DNA of 64,000 bases, from assembly GCA_964057225.1 (NCBI GenBank), contig OZ059898.1, positions 14,694,001-14,758,000 on the forward strand. Reading direction: 5' to 3'. Origin of the DNA: Auanema rhodensis (taxonomy: Eukaryota; Animalia; Nematoda). Both the position numbers and the translations under genes were made by a program. Positions 47,201 through 60,500 of this stretch are shown piece by piece. The notes beneath the pieces were generated by a model. The model searched no databases, was not told the origin of the DNA, and saw only the letters and a program-made list of their open reading frames with translations. Numbering within the stretch: the stretch's first letter is position 1; each line of letters starts with the position of its first letter.

Positions 47201-48175
47201 CTGAATAAAGTTTGTACTCTGTGTTTTTATTTTTGTGCACTTTGCTCTGTTTTCGTCAAGAAAATGGACTTATGTTTGCAATCTTTTCCTCATTCCTTTT
47301 CCCTTAAATAGCATGTTTTGCTCAAAATGTTTTCGACATTGTGCATGCTAATGAGGTTTGAGGAGAGTTATTGAAAAGGCTGTCCTTTTTCTTGATCAAA
47401 ATAAGCAAAAGTGCGTTTTCCTAAGCGAATTTCTTTTTAAAAATGAGAAAAATACGTCTATTTTTAAACATTTCCAATTTACTTAGGATTACTGTAGGAA
47501 ATAAGGGGTATCTTATGAGTTGAAACAACGAAATGATTTGAGGAAGGTGACATAATCTACGGGGATAAAATCCGTAGCAGTTATGCTTCCGCCAACTTGA
47601 CCTGACTGTCAAATAAGAGCTGAGAAGTCTTATTGCAGATTTACCAGGCTTTTTCGGACTAGTGTGGTCTCTTTTTATATTCAATTTATGTAACCGTTTT
47701 TGGTTTCCCGCAAAATAATATGTAAAATGATCTTTTACGTCTGAATATAATAATTTTTCAAAATTCTAGTCCTGACCACAAAATATACAAACTATAATCA
47801 ATTGCGCGCGTCTTATAACTTTTTGTTCCAATAATCAAACTTCTCTATGCCCAAAAAAAAAATGTGAACAATTATAATTTCTCGTTTGGCGAAATTGTCC
47901 TCTATTTCAATCCAAACGTCCTCAAAATGGCATGAGAAGCGGTACAAGATACGATATAGAAAAGGGTGGACATTCAGACGGTTTTAAATTGAGGACGGTG
48001 GGCAAAAATTTTTATTGGTCCTATCTCGCATTTAAGCGAGATCCCTTGTATCTGTACCTTAAAACAAATTGGCGCCTTCATTTTGTTGTTTCAAGTGGAG
48101 GAATTTATAATTTAGAATGCAAAAATGGACTTTTACAATAAAAAAAATTTTTTTTTTTTCAAAAGATGAGTTCGA

Positions 48176-48188
48176 GGTGGAACCTCCA
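48176..48188 (-). promoter_or_regulatory. E4 primer-binding site, tRNA-Gln
   Basis: Minus strand TGGAGGTTCCACC abuts the LTR. Confidence 0.88.
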
Positions 48189-48533
48189 CGTTCCGTTATG
48201 CTCCTGCGTCGATAATATAAACCATTGTAGTTTATACTATGACGCGCATAGTATTCCTTGGTGTAGCGGTAAGGAATAAAGAGCATAAGGTCAATCATAA
48301 GATAAAAGAGAGAAAGATTTATTGGCATGAAACTACAACAATAATATACAAAGATAAAGATACAATACAATAAGATAAATATAAGTATAAAGACTAAACT
48401 ACAAGCCGTCCATGAGCTTGCTAAGAGGCGAACTCCCGACCAAGGGAACGAGGGAAGGCGGAGCCATTCCTCGGTCCTCTGGTGGTCTGGCTCTAACCCT
48501 TCAGCTACATATATGGGGAGTCCGAATGGAACG
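48189..48533 (-). repeat. E4 5' LTR (345 bp)
   Basis: Direct repeat of 44971-45315, followed by TSD CTAA. Confidence 0.94.
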
Positions 48534-51500
48534 CTAAATCTCTTTTCTGCTTTTAATCTTATTCTTAGAAGTTAATACGGGACCAATTCATCATTGTTAC
48601 TTCCCTTGTTCCTTACTCACTTCCTCGAGGTAAATGATAGAAGAAGTAGTATCATAAGAACAGTTACCGTGTCCCATGTGGTCTAGTGGTTAGGATTCGT
48701 GGTTTTCACCCACGCGGCCCGGGTTCGATTCCCGGCATGGGAAGCCATCTTTTGGCATCTTCTCTTCTGAATTTCCATATTTTGAAATTAGCTCTCTTCT
48801 AAATCTCTTTTCTGCTTTTAATCTTATTCTTAGAAGTTAATACGGGACCAATTCATCATTGTTACTTCCCTTGTTCCTTACTCACTTCCTCGAGGTAAAT
48901 GATAGAAGAAGTAGTATCATAAGAACAGTTAACGAGTCCCATGTGGTCTAGTGGTTAGGATTCGTGGTTTTCACCCACGCGGCCCGGGTTCGATTCCCGG
49001 CATGGGAAGCCATCTTTTGGCATCTTCTCTTCTGAATTTCCATATTTTGAAATCAGCTCTCTTCTAAATCTCTTTTCTGCTTTTAATCTTATTCTTAGAA
49101 ATTAATACGGGACCAATTCATCATTGTTACTTCCCTTGTTCCTTACTCACTTCCTCGAGGTAAATGATAGGAGAAGTAGTATCATAAGAACAGTTAACGT
49201 GTCCCATGTGGTCTAGTGGTTAGGATTCGTGGTTTTCACCCACGCGGCCCGGGTTCGATTCCCGGCATGGGAAGCCATCTTTTGGCATCTTCTCTTCTGA
49301 ATTTCCATATTTTGAAATCAGCTCTCTTCTAAATCTCTTTTCTGCTTTTAATCTTATTCTTAGAAGTTAATACGGGACCAATTCATCATTGTTACTTCCC
49401 TTGTTCCTTACTCACTTCCTCGAGGTAAATGATAGAAGAAGTAGTATCATAAGAACAGTTAACGTGTCCCATGTGGTCTAGTGGTTAGGATTCGTGGTTT
49501 TCACCCACGCGGCCCGGGTTCGATTCCCGGCATGGGAAGCCATCTTTTGGCATCTTCTCTTCTGAATTTCCACATTTTGAAATCAGCTCTCTTCTAAATC
49601 TCTTTTCTGCTTTTAATCGTTTTGTTAGAAGTTAATACGGGGCCGATTCGTCGTTGTTACTTCCCTTGTTGCTTATTCACTTCCTCGAGGTAAATGATAG
49701 AAGAAGTAGTATCATAAGAACAGTTAACGTGTCCCATGTGGTCTAGTGGTTAGGATTCGTGGTTTTCACCCACGCGGCCCGGGTTCGATTCCCGGCATGG
49801 GAAGCCATCTTTTGGCATCTTCTCTTCTGAATTTCCATATTTTGAAATCAGCTCTCTTCTAAATCTCTTTTCTGCTTTTAATCGTTTTGTTAGAAGTTAA
49901 TACGGGACCAATTCATCATTGTTACTTCCCTTGTTCCTTACTCACTTCCTCGAGGTAAATGATAGAAGAAGTAGTATCATAAGAACAGTTAACGTGTCCC
50001 ATGTGGTCTAGTGGTTAGGATTCGTGGTTTTCACCCACGCGGCCCGGGTTCGATTCCCGGCATGGGAAGCCATCTTTTGGCATCTTCTCTTCTGAATTTC
50101 CACATTTTGAAATCAGCTCTCTTCTAAATCTCTTTTCTGCTTTTAATCTTATTCTTAGAAGTTAATACGGGACCAATTCATCATTGTTACTTCCCTTGTT
50201 CCTTACTCACTTCCTCGAGGTAAATGATAGAAGAAGTAGTATCATAAGAACAGTTAACGTGTCCCATGTGGTCTAGTGGTTAGGATTCGTGGTTTTCACC
50301 CACGCGGCCCGGGTTCGATTCCCGGCATGGGAAGCCATCTTTTGGCATCTTCTCTTCTGAATTTCCATATTTTGAAATTAGCTCTCTTCTAAATCTCTTT
50401 TCTGCTTTTAATCTTATTCTTAGAAGTTAATACGGGACCAATTCATCATTGTTACTTCCCTTGTTCCTTACTCACTTCCTCGAGGTAAATGATAGAAGAA
50501 GTAGTATCATAAGAACAGTTAACGTGTCCCATGTGGTCTAGTGGTTAGGATTCGTGGTTTTCACCCACGCGGCCCGGGTTCGATTCCCGGCATGGGAAGC
50601 CATCTTTTGGCATCTTCTCTTCTGAATTTCCATATTTTGAAATTAGCTCTCTTCTAAATCTCTTTTCTGCTTTTAATCTTATTCTTAGAAGTTAATACGG
50701 GACCAATTCATCATTGTTACTTCCCTTGTTCCTTACTCACTTCCTCGAGGTAAATGATAGAAGAAGTAGTATCATAAGAACAGTTAACGTGTCCCATGTG
50801 GTCTAGTGGTTAGGATTCGTGGTTTTCACCCACGCGGCCCGGGTTCGATTCCCGGCATGGGAAGCCATCTTTTGGCATCTTCTCTTCTGAATTTCCATAT
50901 TTTGAAATCAGCTCTCTTCTAAATCTCTTTTCTGCTTTTAATCTTATTCTTAGAAGTTAATACGGGACCAATTCATCATTGTTACTTCCCTTGTTCCTTA
51001 CTCACTTCCTCGAGGTAAATGATAGAAGAAGTAGTATCATAAGAACAGTTAACGTGTCCCATGTGGTCTAGTGGTTAGGATTCGTGGTTTTCACCCACGC
51101 GGCCCGGGTTCGATTCCCGGCATGGGAAGCCATCTTTTGGCATCTTCTCTTCTGAATTTCCACATTTTGAAATCAGCTCTCTTCTAAATCTCTTTTCTGC
51201 TTTTAATCGTTTTGTTAGAAGTTAATACGGGGCCGATTCATCGTTGTTACTTCCCTTGTTGCTTATTCACTTCCTCGAGGTAAATGATAGAAGAAGTAGT
51301 ATCATAAGAACAGTTAACGTGTCCCATGTGGTCTAGTGGTTAGGATTCGTGGTTTTCACCCACGCGGCCCGGGTTCGATTCCCGGCATGGGAAGCCATCT
51401 TTTGGCATCTTCTCTTCTGAATTTCCACATTTTGAAATCAGCTCTCTTCTAAATCTCTTTTCTGCTTTTAATCTTTTTGTTAGAAGTTAATACGGGACCA

Positions 51501-54500
51501 ATTCATCATTCTTACTTCCCTTGTTCTTTATTCACTTCCTCGAGGTAAATGATAGAAGAAGTAGTATCATAAGAACAGTTAACGTGTCCCATGTGGTCTA
51601 GTGGTTAGGATTCGTGGTTTTCACCCACGCGGCCCGGGTTCGATTCCCGGCATGGGAAGCCATCTTTTGGCATCTTCTCTTCTGAATTTCCATATTTTGA
51701 AATCAGCTCTCTTCTAAATCTCTTTTCTGCTTTTAATCGTTTTGTTAGAAGTTAATACGGGACCAATTCATCATTGTTACTTCCCTTGTTCCTTACTCAC
51801 TTCCTCGAGGTAAATGATAGAAGAAGTAGTATCATAAGAACAGTTAACGTGTCCCATGTGGTCTAGTGGTTAGGATTCGTGGTTTTCACCCACGCGGCCC
51901 GGGTTCGATTCCCGGCATGGGAAGCCATCTTTTGGCATCTTCTCTTCTGAATTTCCACATTTTGAAATCAGCTCTCTTCTAAATCTCTTTTCTGCTTTTA
52001 ATCGTTTTGTTAGAAGTTAATACGGGGCCGATTCGTCGTTGTTACTTCCCTTGTTGCTTATTCACTTCCTCGAGGTAAATGATAGAAGAAGTAGTATCAT
52101 AAGAACAGTCAACGTGTCCCATGTGGTCTAGTGGTTAGGATTCGTGGTTTTCACCCACGCGGCCCGGGTTCGATTCCCGGCATGGGAAGCCATCTTTTGG
52201 CATCTTCTCTTCTGAATTTCCACATTTTGAAATCAGCTCTCTTCTAAATCTCTTTTCTGCTTTTAATCGTTTTGTTAGAAGTTAATACGGGGCCGATTCG
52301 TCGTTGTTACTTCCCTTGTTGCTTATTCACTTCCTCGAGGTAAATGATAGAAGAAGTAGTATCATAAGAACAGTTAACGTGTCCCATGTGGTCTAGTGGT
52401 TAGGATTCGTGGTTTTCACCCACGCGGCCCGGGTTCGATTCCCGGCATGGGAAGCCATCTTTTGGCATCTTCTCTTCTGAATTTCCATATTTTGAAATCA
52501 GCTCTCTTCTAAATCTCTTTTCTGCTTTTAATCGTTTTGTTAGAAGTTAATACGGGACCAATTCATCATTGTTACTTCCCTTGTTCCTTACTCACTTCCT
52601 CGAGGTAAATGATAGAAGAAGTAGTATCATAAGAACAGTTAACGTGTCCCATGTGGTCTAGTGGTTAGGATTCGTGGTTTTCACCCACGCGGCCCGGGTT
52701 CGATTCCCGGCATGGGAAGCCATCTTTTGGCATCTTCTCTTCTGAATTTCCACATTTTGAAATCAGCTCTCTTCTAAATCTCTTTTCTGCTTTTAATCTT
52801 ATTCTTAGAAGTTAATACGGGACCAATTCATCATTGTTACTTCCCTTGTTCCTTACTCACTTCCTCGAGGTAAATGATAGAAGAAGTAGTATCATAAGAA
52901 CAGTTAACGTGTCCCATGTGGTCTAGTGGTTAGGATTCGTGGTTTTCACCCACGCGGCCCGGGTTCGATTCCCGGCATGGGAAGCCATCTTTTGGCATCT
53001 TCTCTTCTGAATTTCCATATTTTGAAATTAGCTCTCTTCTAAATCTCTTTTCTGCTTTTAATCTTATTCTTAGAAGTTAATACGGGACCAATTCATCATT
53101 GTTACTTCCCTTGTTCCTTACTCACTTCCTCGAGGTAAATGATAGAAGAAGTAGTATCATAAGAACAGTTAACGTGTCCCATGTGGTCTAGTGGTTAGGA
53201 TTCGTGGTTTTCACCCACGCGGCCCGGGTTCGATTCCCGGCATGGGAAGCCATCTTTTGGCATCTTCTCTTCTGAATTTCCATATTTTGAAATTAGCTCT
53301 CTTCTAAATCTCTTTTCTGCTTTTAATCTTATTCTTAGAAGTTAATACGGGACCAATTCATCATTGTTACTTCCCTTGTTCCTTACTCACTTCCTCGAGG
53401 TAAATGATAGAAGAAGTAGTATCATAAGAACAGTTAACGTGTCCCATGTGGTCTAGTGGTTAGGATTCGTGGTTTTCACCCACGCGGCCCGGGTTCGATT
53501 CCCGGCATGGGAAGCCATCTTTTGGCATCTTCTCTTCTGAATTTCCATATTTTGAAATCAGCTCTCTTCTAAATCTCTTTTCTGCTTTTAATCTTATTCT
53601 TAGAAGTTAATACGGGACCAATTCATCATTGTTACTTCCCTTGTTCCTTACTCACTTCCTCGAGGTAAATGATAGAAGAAGTAGTATCATAAGAACAGTT
53701 AACGTGTCCCATGTGGTCTAGTGGTTAGGATTCGTGGTTTTCACCCACGCGGCCCGGGTTCGATTCCCGGCATGGGAAGCCATCTTTTGGCATCTTCTCT
53801 TCTGAATTTCCACATTTTGAAATCAGCTCTCTTCTAAATCTCTTTTCTGCTTTTAATCGTTTTGTTAGAAGTTAATACGGGGCCGATTCATCGTTGTTAC
53901 TTCCCTTGTTGCTTATTCACTTCCTCGAGGTAAATGATAGAAGAAGTAGTATCATAAGAACAGTTAACGTGTCCCATGTGGTCTAGTGGTTAGGATTCGT
54001 GGTTTTCACCCACGCGGCCCGGGTTCGATTCCCGGCATGGGAAGCCATCTTTTGGCATCTTCTCTTCTGAATTTCCACATTTTGAAATCAGCTCTCTTCT
54101 AAATCTCTTTTCTGCTTTTAATCTTTTTGTTAGAAGTTAATACGGGACCAATTCATCATTCTTACTTCCCTTGTTCTTTATTCACTTCCTCGAGGTAAAT
54201 GATAGAAGAAGTAGTATCATAAGAACAGTTAACGTGTCCCATGTGGTCTAGTGGTTAGGATTCGTGGTTTTCACCCACGCGGCCCGGGTTCGATTCCCGG
54301 CATGGGAAGCCATCTTTTGGCATCTTCTCTTCTGAATTTCCATATTTTGAAATCAGCTCTCTTCTAAATCTCTTTTCTGCTTTTAATCGTTTTGTTAGAA
54401 GTTAATACGGGACCAATTCATCATTGTTACTTCCCTTGTTCCTTACTCACTTCCTCGAGGTAAATGATAGAAGAAGTAGTATCATAAGAACAGTTAACGT

Positions 54501-57500
54501 GTCCCATGTGGTCTAGTGGTTAGGATTCGTGGTTTTCACCCACGCGGCCCGGGTTCGATTCCCGGCATGGGAAGCCATCTTTTGGCATCTTCTCTTCTGA
54601 ATTTCCACATTTTGAAATCAGCTCTCTTCTAAATCTCTTTTCTGCTTTTAATCGTTTTGTTAGAAGTTAATACGGGGCCGATTCGTCGTTGTTACTTCCC
54701 TTGTTGCTTATTCACTTCCTCGAGGTAAATGATAGAAGAAGTAGTATCATAAGAACAGTCAACGTGTCCCATGTGGTCTAGTGGTTAGGATTCGTGGTTT
54801 TCACCCACGCGGCCCGGGTTCGATTCCCGGCATGGGAAGCCATCTTTTGGCATCTTCTCTTCTGAATTTCCATATTTTGAAATCAGCTCTCTTCTAAATC
54901 TCTTTTCTGCTTTTAATCGTTTTGTTAGAAGTTAATACGGGACCAATTCATCATTGTTACTTCCCTTGTTCCTTACTCACTTCCTCGAGGTAAATGATAG
55001 AAGAAGTAGTATCATAAGAACAGTTAACGTGTCCCATGTGGTCTAGTGGTTAGGATTCGTGGTTTTCACCCACGCGGCCCGGGTTCGATTCCCGGCATGG
55101 GAAGCCATCTTTTGGCATCTTCTCTTCTGAATTTCCACATTTTGAAATCAGCTCTCTTCTAAATCTCTTTTCTGCTTTTAATCTTTTTGTTAGAAGTTAA
55201 TACGGGACCAATTCATCATTGTTACTTCCCTTGTTCCTTACTCACTTCCTCGAGGTAAATGATAGAAGAAGTAGTATCATAAGAACAGTTGACGTGTCCC
55301 ATGTGGTCTAGTGGTTAGGATTCGTGGTTTTCACCCACGCGGCCCGGGTTCGATTCCCGGCATGGGAAGCCATCTTTTGGCATCTTCTCTTCTGAATTTC
55401 CATATTTTGAAATCAGCTCTCTTCTAAATCTCTTTTCTGCTTTTAATCGTTTTGTTAGAAGTTAATACGGGACCAATTCATCATTGTTACTTCCCTTGTT
55501 CCTTACTCACTTCCTCGAGGTAAATGATAGAAGAAGTAGTATCATAAGAACAGTTAACGTGTCCCATGTGGTCTAGTGGTTAGGATTCGTGGTTTTCACC
55601 CACGCGGCCCGGGTTCGATTCCCGGCATGGGAAGCCATCTTTTGGCATCTTCTCTTCTGAATTTCCACATTTTGAAATCAGCTCTCTTCTAAATCTCTTT
55701 TCTGCTTTTAATCTCATTCTTAGAAGTTAATACGGGACCAATTCATCATTGTTACTTCCCTTGTTCCTTACTCACTTCCTCGAGGTAAATGATAGAAGAA
55801 GTAGTATCATAAGAACAGTTGACGTGTCCCATGTGGTCTAGTGGTTAGGATTCGTGGTTTTCACCCACGCGGCCCGGGTTCGATTCCCGGCATGGGAAGC
55901 CATCTTTTGGCATCTTCTCTTCTGAATTTCCATATTTTGAAATCAGCTCTCTTCTAAATCTCTTTTCTGCTTTTAATCTTATTCTTAGAAGTTAATACGG
56001 GACCAATTCATCATTGTTACTTCCCTTGTTCCTTACTCACTTCCTTGAGGTAAATGATAGAAGAAGTAGTATCATAAGAACAGTTAACGTGTCCCATGTG
56101 GTCTAGTGGTTAGGATTCGTGGTTTTCACCCACGCGGCCCGGGTTCGATTCCCGGCATGGGAAGCCATCTTTTGGCATCTTCTCTTCTGAATTTCCACAT
56201 TTTGAAATCAGCTCTCTTCTAAATCTCTTTTCTGCTTTTAATCGTTTTGTTAGAAGTTAATACGGGGCCGATTCGTCGTTGTTACTTCCCTTGTTGCTTA
56301 TTCACTTCCTCGAGGTAAATGATAGAAGAAGTAGTATCATAAGAACAGTTAACGTGTCCCATGTGGTCTAGTGGTTAGGATTCGTGGTTTTCACCCACGC
56401 GGCCCGGGTTCGATTCCCGGCATGGGAAGCCATCTTTTGGCATCTTCTCTTCTGAATTTCCACATTTTGAAATCAGCTCTCTTCTAAATCTCTTTTCTGC
56501 TTTTAATCGTTTTGTTAGAAGTTAATACGGGGCCGATTCGTTGTTGTTACTTCCCTTGTTGCTTACTCACTTCCTCGAGGTAAATGATAGAAGAAGTAGT
56601 ATCATAAGAACAGTTAACGTGTCCCATGTGGTCTAGTGGTTAGGATTCGTGGTTTTCACCCACGCGGCCCGGGTTCGATTCCCGGCATGGGAAGCCATCT
56701 TTTGGCATCTTCTCTTCTGAATTTCCATATTTTGAAATTAGCTCTCTTCTAAATCTCTTTTCTGCTTTTAATCTTATTCTTAGAAGTTAATACGGGACCA
56801 ATTCATCATTGTTACTTCCCTTGTTCCTTACTCACTTCCTCGAGGTAAATGATAGAAGAAGTAGTATCATAAGAACAGTTAACGTGTCCCATGTGGTCTA
56901 GTGGTTAGGATTCGTGGTTTTCACCCACGCGGCCCGGGTTCGATTCCCGGCATGGGAAGCCATCTTTTGGCATCTTCTCTTCTGAATTTCCATATTTTGA
57001 AATCAGCTCTCTTCTAAATCTCTTTTCTGCTTTTAATCTTATTCTTAGAAGTTAATACGGGACCAATTCATCATTGTTACTTCCCTTGTTCCTTACTCAC
57101 TTCCTCGAGGTAAATGATAGGAGAAGTAGTATCATAAGAACAGTTAACGTGTCCCATGTGGTCTAGTGGTTAGGATTCGTGGTTTTCACCCACGCGGCCC
57201 GGGTTCGATTCCCGGCATGGGAAGCCATCTTTTGGCATCTTCTCTTCTGAATTTCCATATTTTGAAATCAGCTCTCTTCTAAATCTCTTTTCTGCTTTTA
57301 ATCTTATTCTTAGAAGTTAATACGGGACCAATTCATCATTGTTACTTCCCTTGTTCCTTACTCACTTCCTCGAGGTAAATGATAGAAGAAGTAGTATCAT
57401 AAGAACAGTTAACGTGTCCCATGTGGTCTAGTGGTTAGGATTCGTGGTTTTCACCCACGCGGCCCGGGTTCGATTCCCGGCATGGGAAGCCATCTTTTGG

Positions 57501-60500
57501 CATCTTCTCTTCTGAATTTCCATATTTTGAAATCAGCTCTCTTCTAAATCTCTTTTCTGCTTTTAATCTTATTCTTAGAAGTTAATACGAGACCAATTCA
57601 TCATTGTTACTTCCCTTGTTTCTTACTCACTTCCTCGAGGTAAATGATAGAAGAAGTAGTATCATAAGAACAGTTAACGTGTCCCATGTGGTCTAGTGGT
57701 TAGGATTCGTGGTTTTCACCCACGCGGCCCGGGTTCGATTCCCGGCATGGGAAGCCATCTTTTGGCATCTTCTCTTCTGAATTTCCATATTTTGAAATTA
57801 GCTCTCTTCTAAATCTCTTTTCTGCTTTTAATCTTATTCTTAGAAGTTAATACGGGACCAATTCATCATTGTTACTTCCCTTGTTCCTTACTCACTTCCT
57901 CGAGGTAAATGATAGAAGAAGTAGTATCATAAGAACAGTTAACGTGTCCCATGTGGTCTAGTGGTTAGGATTCGTGGTTTTCACCCACGCGGCCCGGGTT
58001 CGATTCCCGGCATGGGAAGCCATCTTTTGGCATCTTCTCTTCTGAATTTCCACATTTTGAAATCAGCTCTCTTCTAAATCTCTTTTCTGCTTTTAATCGT
58101 TTTGTTAGAAGTTAATACGGGGCCGATTCGTCGTTGTTACTTCCCTTGTTGCTTATTCACTTCCTCGAGGTAAATGATAGAAGAAGTAGTATCATAAGAA
58201 CAGTTAACGTGTCCCATGTGGTCTAGTGGTTAGGATTCGTGGTTTTCACCCACGCGGCCCGGGTTCGATTCCCGGCATGGGAAGCCATCTTTTGGCATCT
58301 TCTCTTCTGAATTTCCACATTTTGAAATCAGCTCTCTTCTAAATCTCTTTTCTGCTTTTAATCGTTTTGTTAGAAGTTAATACGGGGCCGATTCGTTGTT
58401 GTTACTTCCCTTGTTGCTTACTCACTTCCTCGAGGTAAATGATAGAAGAAGTAGTATCATAAGAACAGTTAACGTGTCCCATGTGGTCTAGTGGTTAGGA
58501 TTCGTGGTTTTCACCCACGCGGCCCGGGTTCGATTCCCGGCATGGGAAGCCATCTTTTGGCATCTTCTCTTCTGAATTTCCATATTTTGAAATTAGCTCT
58601 CTTCTAAATCTCTTTTCTGCTTTTAATCTTATTCTTAGAAGTTAATACGGGACCAATTCATCATTGTTACTTCCCTTGTTCCTTACTCACTTCCTCGAGG
58701 TAAATGATAGAAGAAGTAGTATCATAAGAACAGTTAACGTGTCCCATGTGGTCTAGTGGTTAGGATTCGTGGTTTTCACCCACGCGGCCCGGGTTCGATT
58801 CCCGGCATGGGAAGCCATCTTTTGGCATCTTCTCTTCTGAATTTCCATATTTTGAAATCAGCTCTCTTCTAAATCTCTTTTCTGCTTTTAATCTTATTCT
58901 TAGAAGTTAATACGAGACCAATTCATCATTGTTACTTCCCTTGTTTCTTACTCACTTCCTCGAGGTAAATGATAGAAGAAGTAGTATCATAAGAACAGTT
59001 AACGTGTCCCATGTGGTCTAGTGGTTAGGATTCGTGGTTTTCACCCACGCGGCCCGGGTTCGATTCCCGGCATGGGAAGCCATCTTTTGGCATCTTCTCT
59101 TCTGAATTTCCACATTTTGAAATCAGCTCTTTTCTAAATCTCTTTTCTGCTTTTAATCTTATTCTTAGAAGTTAATACGGGACCAATTCATCATTGTTAC
59201 TTCCCTTGTTCCTTACTCACTTCCTCGAGGTAAATGATAGGAGAAGTAGTATCATAAGAACAGTTGACGTGTCCCATGTGGTCTAGTGGTTAGGATTCGT
59301 GGTTTTCACCCACGCCGCCCGGGTTCGATTCCCGGCATGGGAAGCCATCTTTTGGCATCTTCTCTTCTGAATTTCCACATTTTGAAATCAGCTCTTTTCT
59401 AAATCTCTTTTCTGCTTTTAATCTTATTCTTAGAAGTTAATACGGGGCCGATTCGTCGTTGTTACTTCCCTTGTTGCTTACTCACTTCCTCGAGGTAAAT
59501 GATAGAAGAAGTAGTATCATAAGAACAGTTAACGTGTCCCATGTGGTCTAGTGGTTAGGATTCGTGGTTTTCACCCACGCGGCCCGGGTTCGATTCCCGG
59601 CATGGGAAGCCATCTTTTGGCATCTTCTCTTCTGAATTTCCACATTTTGAAATCAGCTCTCTTCTAAATCTCTTTTCTGCTTTTAATCTTATTCTTAGAA
59701 GTTAATACGGGACCAATTCATCATTGTTACTTCCCTTGTTCCTTACTCACTTCCTCGAGGTAAATGATAGAAGAAGTAGTATCATAAGAACAGTTAACGT
59801 GTCCCATGTGGTCTAGTGGTTAGGATTCGTGGTTTTCACCCACGCGGCCCGGGTTCGATTCCCGGCATGGGAAGCCATCTTTTGGCATCTTCTCTTCTGA
59901 ATTTCCATATTTTGAAATCAGCTCTCTTCTAAATCTCTTTCCTGCTTTTAATCTTATTCTTAGAAGTTAATACGGGACCAATTCATCATTGGTACTTCCC
60001 TTGTTCCTTACTCACTTCCTCGAGGTAAATGATAGGAGAAGTAGTATCATAAGAACAGTTAACGTGTCCCATGTGGTCTAGTGGTTAGGATTCGTGGTTT
60101 TCACCCACGCGGCCCGGGTTCGATTCCCGGCATGGGAAGCCATCTTTTGGCATCTTCTCTTCTGAATTTCCACATTTTGAAATCAGCTCTCTTCTAAATC
60201 TCTTTTCTGCTTTTAATCGTTTTGTTAGAAGTTAATACGGGGCCGATTCGTCGTTGTTACTTCCCTTGTTGCTTATTCACTTCCTCGAGGTAAATGATAG
60301 AAGAAGTAGTATCATAAGAACAGTTAACGTGTCCCATGTGGTCTAGTGGTTAGGATTCGTGGTTTTCACCCACGCGGCCCGGGTTCGATTCCCGGCATGG
60401 GAAGCCATCTTTTGGCATCTTCTCTTCTGAATTTCCATATTTTGAAATCAGCTCTCTTCTAAATCTCTTTCCTGCTTTTAATCTTATTCTTAGAAGTTAA

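Larger units (their letters stand above)
44971..48533 (-). mobile_element. E4: longer (3563 bp) member of the E2 non-autonomous LTR family
   Basis: 345-bp LTRs at 44971-45315 and 48189-48533; TSD CTAA; PBS 48176-48188; PPT 45316-45326. Near-identical to E2 outside about 45990-47197. Confidence 0.93.
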
